Positions 8,081-15,538 of a stretch of 37,330 bases of DNA are shown here, piece by piece. How positions within the stretch are numbered: the first letter of the stretch is position 1; each line of letters begins with the position of its first letter. The stretch comes from a virus (lineage: Duplodnaviria; Caudoviricetes). The notes under the pieces were generated by a model that had not been told where the DNA came from, did no database searches, and worked only from the letters and a program-made list of their open reading frames with translations. The DNA is taken from IMG/VR virus record IMGVR_UViG_3300043493_000052, positions 1 to 37,330 of that record; one strand, given 5' to 3'. A program made the position numbers and the translations under genes.

Positions 8081-8250
8081 GGCGGCGAGAGGGGATAACG
8101 AACGTAGTGTGTAAAATGACGAACCTCGCCGCCGAATATTTGACAAGTTTTGCCGGTTCGGGATCGGCGAATGCTGGCGGGCAAGCCGCTACTTTAGGCA
8201 AAGGCAGGGCCGGTGGCGTGGTTTAAGCACTTACGACATCGGCCAGCCAA
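8081..8250 (+). ncRNA. Putative structured regulatory RNA in the early rightward transcript
   Basis: Successive stems: GGCGGCGAG/CTCGCCGCC (8081-8133), TTGCCGGT/ATCGGCGA, TGGCGG/CCGCTA and GGCCGGTGGCGT/ACGACATCGGCC (8208-8244); boxA-like ATTTGACAA at 8138. Confidence 0.45.
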
Positions 8251-8257
8251 AAACGAC

Positions 8258-8374
8258 ATGAATAAGCAATTAAAAATTCAACTGGCGATCGGCACGGTGA
8301 TGAGCATTTTGCTCGGGATATCAATTGGCCTTTACATTGCCGCTGCCTTCATCGGACCGGAGCTCGGCAAATGA
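8258..8374 (+). CDS. 38-aa single-TM peptide (not in the ORF track)
   Basis: MNKQLKIQLAIGTVMSILLGISIGLYIAAAFIGPELGK; ATGA overlap with the ORF at 8371. Confidence 0.6.
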   Translation: MNKQLKIQLAIGTVMSILLGISIGLYIAAAFIGPELGK

Positions 8375-8721
8375 CATCGGGAACGGCACAGCAGCAGGAT
8401 CTTGAGCAGGCGATGGAGCATTTCGGGTTCGGAACGCAGGTCGAAAGTCCAAAGGTCTATGTGATCGCCGAAGTTATGCGGCTGACGATCAAGACGATGG
8501 ACGTTGTGATATTGAACCCGGCGGATGAACGGCCTACGCGGTCGGAGCGTGAATTCTATCGCGAACAGGTGCGGACAGATTATTTCAACCATGACCGCGT
8601 GATGATCGCGGTGCCGCAGTCGCTGATCGATATTTACCGGCTGCGAAAGTTTGAACTAACGCCGGAACAGATCGCGGATTATACGAAAAAGGCGAAGCGG
8701 TTCAGTCCGGGAAGATTTTAA
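8371..8721 (+). CDS. Hypothetical early protein
   Basis: 116-aa ORF in the early operon, coupled to the upstream peptide. Confidence 0.7.
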   Translation: MTSGTAQQQDLEQAMEHFGFGTQVESPKVYVIAEVMRLTIKTMDVVILNPADERPTRSEREFYREQVRTDYFNHDRVMIAVPQSLIDIYRLRKFELTPEQIADYTKKAKRFSPGRF

Positions 8722-8757
8722 CGAACCAGGGCGGGAAAAAACAAAACGGAGAAAACT

Positions 8758-9723
8758 ATGCAACACGAAAATACAGCGGCAGGGACGGCTTTAGAACGAA
8801 CGTCCGGTCCCGGTAATCAGCAGATCGCGGTCTTTGGCGACATGACGCCCGAGGTCTTTGAGGCCCGGATCAAACGCGACGAGGAAATGCGGACGATCCT
8901 GCGGGATTACGTGAAGCGGAACATGAAGCTCGGCTATCACTTTGACGACAAGATCGGCACGCAAGAGCTAAAGAAACCGATGCTCCTGCAGGAAGGTGCA
9001 CGAAACATCTGCTCGCTTTTCAAGCTGGTAAAGGGTACGCCCGACATCTCGGAAACATGGCTCGAGGGCGATCATTACCGCGTCCGTGCACATGTAAAGC
9101 TTTTCAACGCAATGGGCATCCAGATCGCCAGCGGCGACGGCATCTGTTCGACGCGTGAGACGAAATACGCGTTTCGCAAGGGCGACCGGATATGCCCCGA
9201 ATGCGAAACGCCCGCGATCCGCAAGGACAATAAATCGCCGCAGGGCGGGTTTTATTGCTGGGCAAAGCTCGACGGCTGCGGTGCGAAGTTTGCCGCAAAC
9301 GATGAACGCATCACCGGCCAGCAGCTCGGGCGTGTCGATAATCCGGACAAAGCCGATATCGAAAATACCGTGCTGAAAATGGCGATCAAACGGGCGTTCG
9401 TCGCGGCGGTCTGCGATGTGCCGATGGTTTCGGAACTGTTTGCACCGGAACGACCGAGCGACGAGGGAAAGGCGAAGCCCGAAGCGAAGCGTTCTTCTGC
9501 CGCAAGCGGCAGTGCCGACAAGAGTGTCGCCGCTCCGGCGGCTCCGGCCGAGTCGGTTGTGGAGATCTGCGACGCACTTGCCGGGAAGCTTTTGGAACGC
9601 GGCACCGACCTGACGAAGCTTACTTCGCTGCTGCCCGAGGGCGTGAAGGTCTTTGCCGAAATGACCGAGGACCAGGCGATCGAGGTCAGGCCCAAGCTTG
9701 TCGAACTGCTGAACGCGAAATAA
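8758..9723 (+). CDS. Recombination / single-strand-annealing-like protein with a Zn-ribbon insertion
   Basis: KPMLLQEGARNIC, GDGICSTRE and NTVLKMAIKRAFVAA motifs; CPEC...C.....C insert; GGAG RBS. Confidence 0.55.
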   Translation: MQHENTAAGTALERTSGPGNQQIAVFGDMTPEVFEARIKRDEEMRTILRDYVKRNMKLGYHFDDKIGTQELKKPMLLQEGARNICSLFKLVKGTPDISETWLEGDHYRVRAHVKLFNAMGIQIASGDGICSTRETKYAFRKGDRICPECETPAIRKDNKSPQGGFYCWAKLDGCGAKFAANDERITGQQLGRVDNPDKADIENTVLKMAIKRAFVAAVCDVPMVSELFAPERPSDEGKAKPEAKRSSAASGSADKSVAAPAAPAESVVEICDALAGKLLERGTDLTKLTSLLPEGVKVFAEMTEDQAIEVRPKLVELLNAK

Positions 9724-9754
9724 CGACATTCCGGTTATTCATGGCCGGATACTC

Positions 9755-9800
9755 GGGCGGTTCGGGGAAACTGACGCCAATTCAGTGAACCGCCCTTTTT
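9755..9800 (+). terminator. Intrinsic terminator with a nested hairpin
   Basis: GGGCGGTTC...GAACCGCCC followed by TTTTT; inner ACTGA-CGCCAAT-TCAGT stem-loop. Confidence 0.7.
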
Positions 9801-9830
9801 AAGAATTTAGCCACAGAGAGCACAGAGATA

Positions 9831-10103
9831 ATGAGCCTTAAAAATCAGCACGGCATTAAGTGGGACGACATCAACGAGGGCGATTGGATCGATATCTCGT
9901 ACTGGCCGCTGATCAAGCATCTGTTCGAGGTCGAGCGGAAAGAGATCCGAAACAAGGTGCCGTCTATTTACATACGGCTGGCTGACGGCGGCCGGGCCCG
10001 GTGCGGCCTCGAGCAGATCAGATCGGTCGTCGATCGTACGACCGGAAGGGAGCAGAGATATGACAACAATGCAGAACGCACAATGCACAATGCAAGATCT
10101 TAA
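9831..10103 (+). CDS. Hypothetical protein
   Basis: 90-aa ORF on the early strand. Confidence 0.55.
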   Translation: MSLKNQHGIKWDDINEGDWIDISYWPLIKHLFEVERKEIRNKVPSIYIRLADGGRARCGLEQIRSVVDRTTGREQRYDNNAERTMHNARS

Positions 10104-10320
10104 GCCCAGGAAGGAGCTTCCGGCATTGAATACCGCGACGTTTTTCTGTTCCGGCTGTTCGATATCTCCGGCACCGGCTGACGGTGCGGATTGCCCGACG
10201 TGCACGAAGGTCCGCAAGGATCCGCGTGAACCGATGCCGCTCAAGGTGCATTTGATATTCGCCCTAGCGTTGCTGGTTCTGATCGCCGGGCTGACGGTCG
10301 CCCTTCGGATGGCGCGTTAA
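10060..10320 (+). CDS. Small Zn-finger protein with a C-terminal TM segment
   Basis: CSGC...CPTC motif; hydrophobic tail; GGGAG RBS. Confidence 0.6.
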   Translation: MTTMQNAQCTMQDLKPRKELPALNTATFFCSGCSISPAPADGADCPTCTKVRKDPREPMPLKVHLIFALALLVLIAGLTVALRMAR

Positions 10321-10406
10321 ATTGTCAAAGATCGGGCACGCGTGCCGACAGCCGCAATATACGCCGACTCACTTCGGCATAAAAGGAAAATCGCAATTCA
10401 TTTTCC
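10321..10406 (-). promoter_or_regulatory. PRE/pE-like leftward promoter with an activator inverted repeat and boxB-boxA
   Basis: Minus strand: TTTTAT-N17-TATATT; GGAAAAT-N8-ATTTTCC abutting the -35; then hairpin TCGGCAC/GTGCCCGA and GATCTTTGACAAT. Confidence 0.5.
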
Positions 10407-10424
10407 ACAACCTTAATTAAAACT

Positions 10425-10862
10425 ATGCGAGAGATATATCTTCTCACCGATGCCACGATCGACACGCTGACCGACAACGTTAAGCGGCTTTCGGATTGGA
10501 AAGGCAAAACACACATCTATAACATCCTCGACGGTACCGATACCGACCCCTTTGCACCGTTCTTTTCGATCTATAAAGGCGTGCTGCGTGCCGGACTTTC
10601 GACGTCGCACTGGGATGCCGAGCTTGAACACGAACGCAGGCGGCACGGACGCAGCTCCGGTGCACGTCCGGCCCGCGAGGTTTCGGTCGTCGAGGTCCAT
10701 AAAGAAGCGTTCGAGGCCATCGACGCGCTATTGACCGATAAACCCGCCGACGTTCAGAAACGCGAGCTGCGGGAACTGATCGCCATCGCGCAACAAAAGA
10801 TCGAGGGCATCGAGCGTTGGGAAGAGAGGCAGGCGACGAACCTGCGTCCGGTGAAAGCGTGA
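10425..10862 (+). CDS. Putative CII-like regulatory protein
   Basis: All-helical 145 aa; C-terminal KEAFEAIDALL...KRELRELI resembles the 186-type CII family by eye; follows the PRE-like site. Confidence 0.45.
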   Translation: MREIYLLTDATIDTLTDNVKRLSDWKGKTHIYNILDGTDTDPFAPFFSIYKGVLRAGLSTSHWDAELEHERRRHGRSSGARPAREVSVVEVHKEAFEAIDALLTDKPADVQKRELRELIAIAQQKIEGIERWEERQATNLRPVKA

Positions 10863-10864
10863 AA

Positions 10865-11017
10865 AACGCACGACGCAGAATGCACGGTGCACGATGAAGA
10901 AACTATTTGAAACACTCTTTTGGCTTTTGGCGATCGCGACCGCCGCGAGGATCTTCGGCGTCGCGAGGAAAAACAAATCTCTGAAATTGTGCATCATGCA
11001 CTGTGAATTATGCATTC
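10865..11017. repeat. Inverted pair of degenerate heptamer arrays (AATGCAC-type) enclosing a short hydrophobic ORF start
   Basis: AACGCAC GACGCAG AATGCAC GGTGCAC GATGAAG on plus; GAATGCA TAATTCA CAGTGCA TGATGCA on minus. Confidence 0.65.
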
Positions 11018-11336
11018 GGAACTTCCATTATTTGATCTGTTTCAAGCCGAGATCGCGGCGGATCGGGGCATTGCACAAGCAGCGGTGAATAAGAGCACGT
11101 CGCTTGAGGCTGCGAAGGCGATAGCGGTCGAGCTCGGGCAGCGGCAGACGTTCGTTACCGCCGATGATGTCATCCGCGTTTACAGCCGCCGGTTTCCGTT
11201 GGAGCCGCTCGGGAATGCAGCCGGCGGGATATTTCGGGATAAGAGGCACTGGCGGTTCGCCGAACGATACGAGCAATGCGAGCGCGTAACCTCGCACGGG
11301 CGGATGCTGCGGGTTTGGGAATTTATCGGGAAATGA
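11010..11336 (+). CDS. Hypothetical phage protein
   Basis: 108-aa ORF; both its start and its stop lie in heptamer arrays. Confidence 0.65.
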   Translation: MHSELPLFDLFQAEIAADRGIAQAAVNKSTSLEAAKAIAVELGQRQTFVTADDVIRVYSRRFPLEPLGNAAGGIFRDKRHWRFAERYEQCERVTSHGRMLRVWEFIGK

Positions 11337-11346
11337 TGAATGCAGA

Positions 11347-11802
11347 ATGATGAATGATGAACTGACGGAATGCCTGGCGGCGGCTGAATTACGGCTTGAC
11401 CGGGCGATGTTTGAAAAGGAATCGCTCGACCGGCAATGCGATGCGTTAGCAAAAGAGATCGACCGTTTGCGGATCGAGATCGCGGTCGGGGAAATGATGG
11501 CGAACGATTTTGACGATTCGCTTGTGGGGGAAAATATGACGACATCACGATTACTTGCGAATGCTTTGAACCGGCAGGATCTCGGCGTCCGGCGTTCGTT
11601 CGAGCGGCTTGAGGAACACGAAAAGGCGGAGGTCGAGGCGTTGTATCGCCGGCACGCCGCGGCGTGCCATAAAGGTGCAATGCCGCCGGAACCTTCCTTA
11701 TGCACGATGAAGATCTTGAAACATTTGAAGCCGTGGGCGAGCTGGTCGATACGGCGTTTCACCTGCATGGCGGCGTCGGGCCATGCGGTGCGAGGGTTTT
11801 AA
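11347..11802 (+). CDS. Hypothetical coiled-coil protein (3' part uncertain)
   Basis: 151-aa ORF; an alternative 40-aa frame at 11700-11822 couples to the next gene. Confidence 0.45.
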   Translation: MMNDELTECLAAAELRLDRAMFEKESLDRQCDALAKEIDRLRIEIAVGEMMANDFDDSLVGENMTTSRLLANALNRQDLGVRRSFERLEEHEKAEVEALYRRHAAACHKGAMPPEPSLCTMKILKHLKPWASWSIRRFTCMAASGHAVRGF

Positions 11803-11818
11803 GGAACAGATTCAGGAA

Positions 11819-12130
11819 ATGAGGATCTATATTGCAGGGAAAATATCGGGCTTACCACCGGAAGAGGCAAAGGCGGCATTTGAAAAGGCCGCGGCGTTGC
11901 TGAAACAACACGGGCACGAGCCGGTGAATCCGATCGAGGCGAACGGCTTGGACGGCGACGGCGTGGAGCATCCCTGGGCCGATTACATGAAACGCGACAT
12001 ACCGCTGCTGCTTGCGTGCGACGGCATCTGTCTGCTTGATAACTGGCGGGACTCGAAAGGTGCCCGCCTAGAACACGAGATCGCCGCGGAACTCGGCATG
12101 CACATCATCTCGGTCGCGTGGTTTAGATAA
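11819..12130 (+). CDS. DUF4406 (nucleoside 2-deoxyribosyltransferase-like) protein
   Basis: MRIYIAGKISG...VNP...WADYMKRDI..LLACDGICLLDNWRDSKGARLE. Confidence 0.9.
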   Translation: MRIYIAGKISGLPPEEAKAAFEKAAALLKQHGHEPVNPIEANGLDGDGVEHPWADYMKRDIPLLLACDGICLLDNWRDSKGARLEHEIAAELGMHIISVAWFR

Positions 12131-12140
12131 GGAGAAACGA

Positions 12141-12944
12141 ATGAAACAAGAGCTGCGGGAAGTTCCGATCAATCAGATACATGCGAAGGCGAACTATCGA
12201 AAGACGTTTCATGATAAGACGCTGAAGGAACTGGCGGCATCGATCAAATCAAACGGCGTGCTCGAGCCGATAATCCTTCGCCCGAACAAGAAAGGCTTTG
12301 AGATCGTTGCCGGTGAGCGTCGTTTTCGAGCTTCGCAGTTAGCAGGCCAGGTCACGATTCCTGCTGTGATCCGTGACGTTGCGGATGCCGACGTGCTGAA
12401 GCTTCAGATCATCGAAAACGTCCAGCGTGAAGGCGTTCCTTTCATGGAAGAAGCCTATGCGGTCAAGAAGCTCCGCGACGATCTAACGCTCGACATAGCC
12501 GAGATCGCCAAGACCATCGGCAAATCCGATGCGTACGTTTACATGACGCTGCGGCTTTGTTCGATGTCCGACGATGCCCGGGCGATCGCCGAGAAGGGCT
12601 GGATCAGCAAAGGCGTCGCGTGGGAGATCTCAGGGCTTCCCAATACCGATCAGCAGACGCAGGCCGCTAACGACCTCGCCAGGACCGCAAAAGACAAGCA
12701 GATCACGGTCAGCGGTGCGAAAGGCTACATTCGCGACAATTTCCGCGACAGCGACCGCCGGCTGAAGAAAGAACGCGTCAAAAAGTTCGGCCCGGGCAGT
12801 GAATACATCGTCGACTGGAAAAAGTATCTCGTCGAGTTTTCAAGCAAGGAATTCGCACATTTCCAGCGTATCGTCCGAGGCCGCACAGAGGTTGCTGTTT
12901 GGATCGAGGCGGTCGATGTGGTGAAACGCGAGGCGGGCAACTAA
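12141..12944 (+). CDS. parB: ParB/RepB/Spo0J-family protein
   Basis: LKELAASIKSNGVLEPI, IVAGERRFRA, IIENVQRE and a following HTH; AGGAG RBS. Confidence 0.9.
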   Translation: MKQELREVPINQIHAKANYRKTFHDKTLKELAASIKSNGVLEPIILRPNKKGFEIVAGERRFRASQLAGQVTIPAVIRDVADADVLKLQIIENVQREGVPFMEEAYAVKKLRDDLTLDIAEIAKTIGKSDAYVYMTLRLCSMSDDARAIAEKGWISKGVAWEISGLPNTDQQTQAANDLARTAKDKQITVSGAKGYIRDNFRDSDRRLKKERVKKFGPGSEYIVDWKKYLVEFSSKEFAHFQRIVRGRTEVAVWIEAVDVVKREAGN

Positions 12945-12949
12945 CGACG

Positions 12950-13669
12950 ATGGCGAAGGAAGCGATATTTACAGCCGAGTGGTTTCCGTACTACTTTGAG
13001 CGGTTCGAGGGATCGGACCGCGTGGCCAGGATGTCGCTGCAGGAAGAGGGAGCGTATCACCGGGCGATCAGGTTTGCGTGGCGTTTTGGGTCGGTTCCGT
13101 CCGATCCGGAAGTGCTGGCAGCCCAGATCCAGAAACGGTGCACGGTAAAGGTAGCGGAACGCGTTCTGTCGTGTTTCGTGCCTTCGGATGCCGATCCGAG
13201 GAAGTCAGTCCATCCCGTGCTGGAGCAGATACGCAATGAACAGAAAGAGAAGTTTCTGGTAAAACGCAAGGGCGGATTAGCGTCTGTAAAGACCCGCCGC
13301 AAACGCGAGAAACAAAGAAGTTCGAGCACAACTTCAACAGAACCCGACAAGACTAAGATTAAGACTAAGAATCAGAGAGAGACTGAGATAGGAAATCTTA
13401 TCTCCGATAAGATTTCTTTTCAGAGATTGATACTACGCGTACGCGAGGAAAATTTTACGGCAGAAGACGTGCGGATCGTGGAGATCGGCGTGCTCTATAC
13501 CCTGCTGCAAAGGAACGGAGATACGGATCCGATCCGATCTCTTCGCTACTTTGACCCGCAGATCAGGCAGATGATCACGGATTGTAAAACGCTGGCGTCA
13601 CGGTCGATCGATTCGCTGCTCGAACGCAGACGGGATCAATGGTGGAAAGGAGAAAGCAATGCAAGATGA
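12950..13669 (+). CDS. DUF1376/YdaU-family replication initiator
   Basis: WFPYY...MSLQEEGAYHRAI..AW N-terminus; low-complexity basic linker. Confidence 0.75.
   Translation: MAKEAIFTAEWFPYYFERFEGSDRVARMSLQEEGAYHRAIRFAWRFGSVPSDPEVLAAQIQKRCTVKVAERVLSCFVPSDADPRKSVHPVLEQIRNEQKEKFLVKRKGGLASVKTRRKREKQRSSSTTSTEPDKTKIKTKNQRETEIGNLISDKISFQRLILRVREENFTAEDVRIVEIGVLYTLLQRNGDTDPIRSLRYFDPQIRQMITDCKTLASRSIDSLLERRRDQWWKGESNAR
13349..13416. repeat. Candidate replication origin inside the initiator gene
   Basis: Hexamer array (A/C/G)AGAnn x7 at 13349-13390, then a perfect 11-bp inverted repeat GAAATCTTATC-TCC-GATAAGATTTC. Confidence 0.5.
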
Positions 13670-13919
13670 ATCAGCCCGCGACAGGGCGTGGCAAAAATAT
13701 CTGGACTGCGACCATGACCAAAACAGTCCGTCCTATCGCCCTATGTCAACGTGTGACGTTTGCCGAGGACGACATTCGGAAGAGTCATTTGACGCAGGCT
13801 ACGACGCAGGGAAAAAGCAGACGCTATTGCAGGTTGCGGACGAGCTGGACGAGATGGCTATTGCTCATTCTGGACTATCACGATACATCGAAACGCCACG
13901 CAAGGAGGCATCGGAATGA
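13659..13919 (+). CDS. Hypothetical protein
   Basis: AAGGAG RBS; Cys/His motif. Confidence 0.6.
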   Translation: MQDESARDRAWQKYLDCDHDQNSPSYRPMSTCDVCRGRHSEESFDAGYDAGKKQTLLQVADELDEMAIAHSGLSRYIETPRKEASE

Positions 13920-14119
13920 CGAACGACGAACTTAACAGGTATCTCCACGAAAAGGTTTTGAAGGTTTCACCTATTCAGGTGCATTGCCGTGACTGTTCGT
14001 GGTGTTCCATTGATATTCCTGTGACTTGTGAGCGGTGTGGCGGCACCAGATCAAGGCATCTTCGCGGGTCCTTCCTGGCGTTTTATTTTCTGCGGGTATC
14101 GCACGACCGCGCAATATGA
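13916..14119 (+). CDS. Small Zn-ribbon protein, possibly truncated
   Basis: AGGAGG RBS and ATGA overlap; CRDC...CERCG. Confidence 0.5.
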   Translation: MTNDELNRYLHEKVLKVSPIQVHCRDCSWCSIDIPVTCERCGGTRSRHLRGSFLAFYFLRVSHDRAI

Positions 14120-14151
14120 GTAACTGATTAAATTTTTGGTATTTCGTCAAC

Positions 14152-14544
14152 ATGGACGTCGACTCACAAAAACGAAAGGCTGGGCTCCGGTTTGCCGATC
14201 GGCTTTCCGAGATCGCGGTCGACGCGCCCGACATTCACATCGAGCACAGCGTGCACGAGCTGGCGAAGTCCATCCGAAAACGTTTCACGTATTCCCGCGA
14301 GCTCCGCATGCGAGAGATCCTGACGCACGTTCGCAAAGGCGTCGAGCACGGCGGCACGGCGGTGGCCGATCTCGAACTGGCGACCGGCTATCACCGGCAC
14401 CTGATCCAAGACCTCGCCGACGAGTTGCAGCAGTCCGGACTGATCGAATTCCGCCTGATCCCGCCCGCCGGCAGCGGCCCCGGCCGCCCGCACAAACGTC
14501 TATTTCCCGTCGAAACGCCTAATTTTGGCAAACAGAAAAGCTAA
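14152..14544 (+). CDS. Winged-HTH regulator, candidate late-gene activator
   Basis: AVADLELATGYHRHLIQDLADELQQSGLIE...GPGRP; last early gene before lysis. Confidence 0.65.
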   Translation: MDVDSQKRKAGLRFADRLSEIAVDAPDIHIEHSVHELAKSIRKRFTYSRELRMREILTHVRKGVEHGGTAVADLELATGYHRHLIQDLADELQQSGLIEFRLIPPAGSGPGRPHKRLFPVETPNFGKQKS

Positions 14545-14567
14545 TTACAAAGATTATTTTTTACCAT
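14520..14567 (+). promoter_or_regulatory. Late promoter 1 (lysis/appendage/packaging operon)
   Basis: TAATTTTGGCAAAC-N8-TAATT-N15-TACCAT, with the same spacing as 27503-27550. Confidence 0.7.
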
Positions 14568-14654
14568 TTGCATGCGGGAATGTTAGGCCCTGGACGCAAT
14601 GAAAAGGTGAAATGACACGCCGGGCGTTTCCCGCAGCATATTGGGGAGAAAACG

Positions 14655-15317
14655 ATGGCTGAATGGCGTCTTGCAAAATCTTTGGTGCAGCTTCGAGAGC
14701 AGATAAACGCTCTTTTTCCTGCCCGCGACAAAGAAAGCGACGGCTCCGTCGGCGATCTTCGGCACCAGGTCCGCAAATCCGATCACAATCCGAATTCCGC
14801 AGGCGTCGTCACGGCGATCGACGTTGACGAAAACCTCGTCGCTGGCGGCGAGGCGTCCGGGCTGGTGTCCGCTCTGCGTGCGTCGAAAGACCCGCGGATC
14901 AAATACATCATCTACGAGGGTTTCATCACGACGAAGGGCGACGTTTCGCACTGGAAGTCGTATCACGGAGCGAATCCTCACCGCCATCACTTTCACATTT
15001 CCGTTTCAAGCGATCGCGGTTTGTACGACGATGCGACGCCGTGGGATCTCAGCGGACAGTCGAGCATTCATCCGCCGAGCGTCACGGTTCCGCCGGCACC
15101 ATTTCCAACACCGCAGCCTGAATTGAAGCTCGGGGCGAAGGGCGACGCGGTCAAGCGGCTGCAGCTCGCGTTGCGTTCGCACGGATTTGCAATGCTTACG
15201 GCAGACGGCGATTTCGGACCGGCAACGTTAAAGGCGGTCAAGGGATTTCAGGCAAGCAAAAATTTACGCCCCGACGGCATCGCGGGCAAGATGACAAACA
15301 TAGCATTAGGTTTATAA
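14655..15317 (+). CDS. Endolysin: M15-like Zn peptidase plus PG_binding_1 domain
   Basis: SDHNP...AIDVD and HHFHIS Zn motifs; LKLGAKGDAVKRLQ...DGDFGPAT..AVKGFQ...DGIAG. Confidence 0.85.
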   Translation: MAEWRLAKSLVQLREQINALFPARDKESDGSVGDLRHQVRKSDHNPNSAGVVTAIDVDENLVAGGEASGLVSALRASKDPRIKYIIYEGFITTKGDVSHWKSYHGANPHRHHFHISVSSDRGLYDDATPWDLSGQSSIHPPSVTVPPAPFPTPQPELKLGAKGDAVKRLQLALRSHGFAMLTADGDFGPATLKAVKGFQASKNLRPDGIAGKMTNIALGL

Positions 15318-15374
15318 ACGGACTCGGTGATGAAGGCGAGCGTCTGGTGAGAATACCAAGCAAATGAGGCAAAC

Positions 15375-15524
15375 ATGGACAGCAACACCCGCAAGACAAA
15401 GCTGCTACTTTCCCCGCAGTTGCCGCGTTTATCGCCGAGGCTTTTAGTGTTCGAGATCAGCGTCGCGGTGTTTACCGTTCTGGCGGTCGCCGCACATCTG
15501 TATCTGAATTTCAGGGGCTTTTAA
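15375..15524 (+). CDS. Possible 49-aa single-TM peptide
   Basis: MDSNTRK...LLVFEISVAVFTVLAVAAHLYL; GAGG upstream; overlaps a predicted RNA stem. Confidence 0.35.
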   Translation: MDSNTRKTKLLLSPQLPRLSPRLLVFEISVAVFTVLAVAAHLYLNFRGF

Positions 15525-15538
15525 CAAAAGGAGATCTT

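Noticed and set aside
8140-8170. Second rightward sigma70 promoter at TTGACA 8140
   Set aside because: No -10-like hexamer at 16-18 nt spacing; boxA is the better reading.
15360-15410. c-di-GMP-I riboswitch (GGCAAAC...CAAAGC)
   Set aside because: The GNRA-capped P2 stem and tetraloop-receptor P3 stem are not evident.
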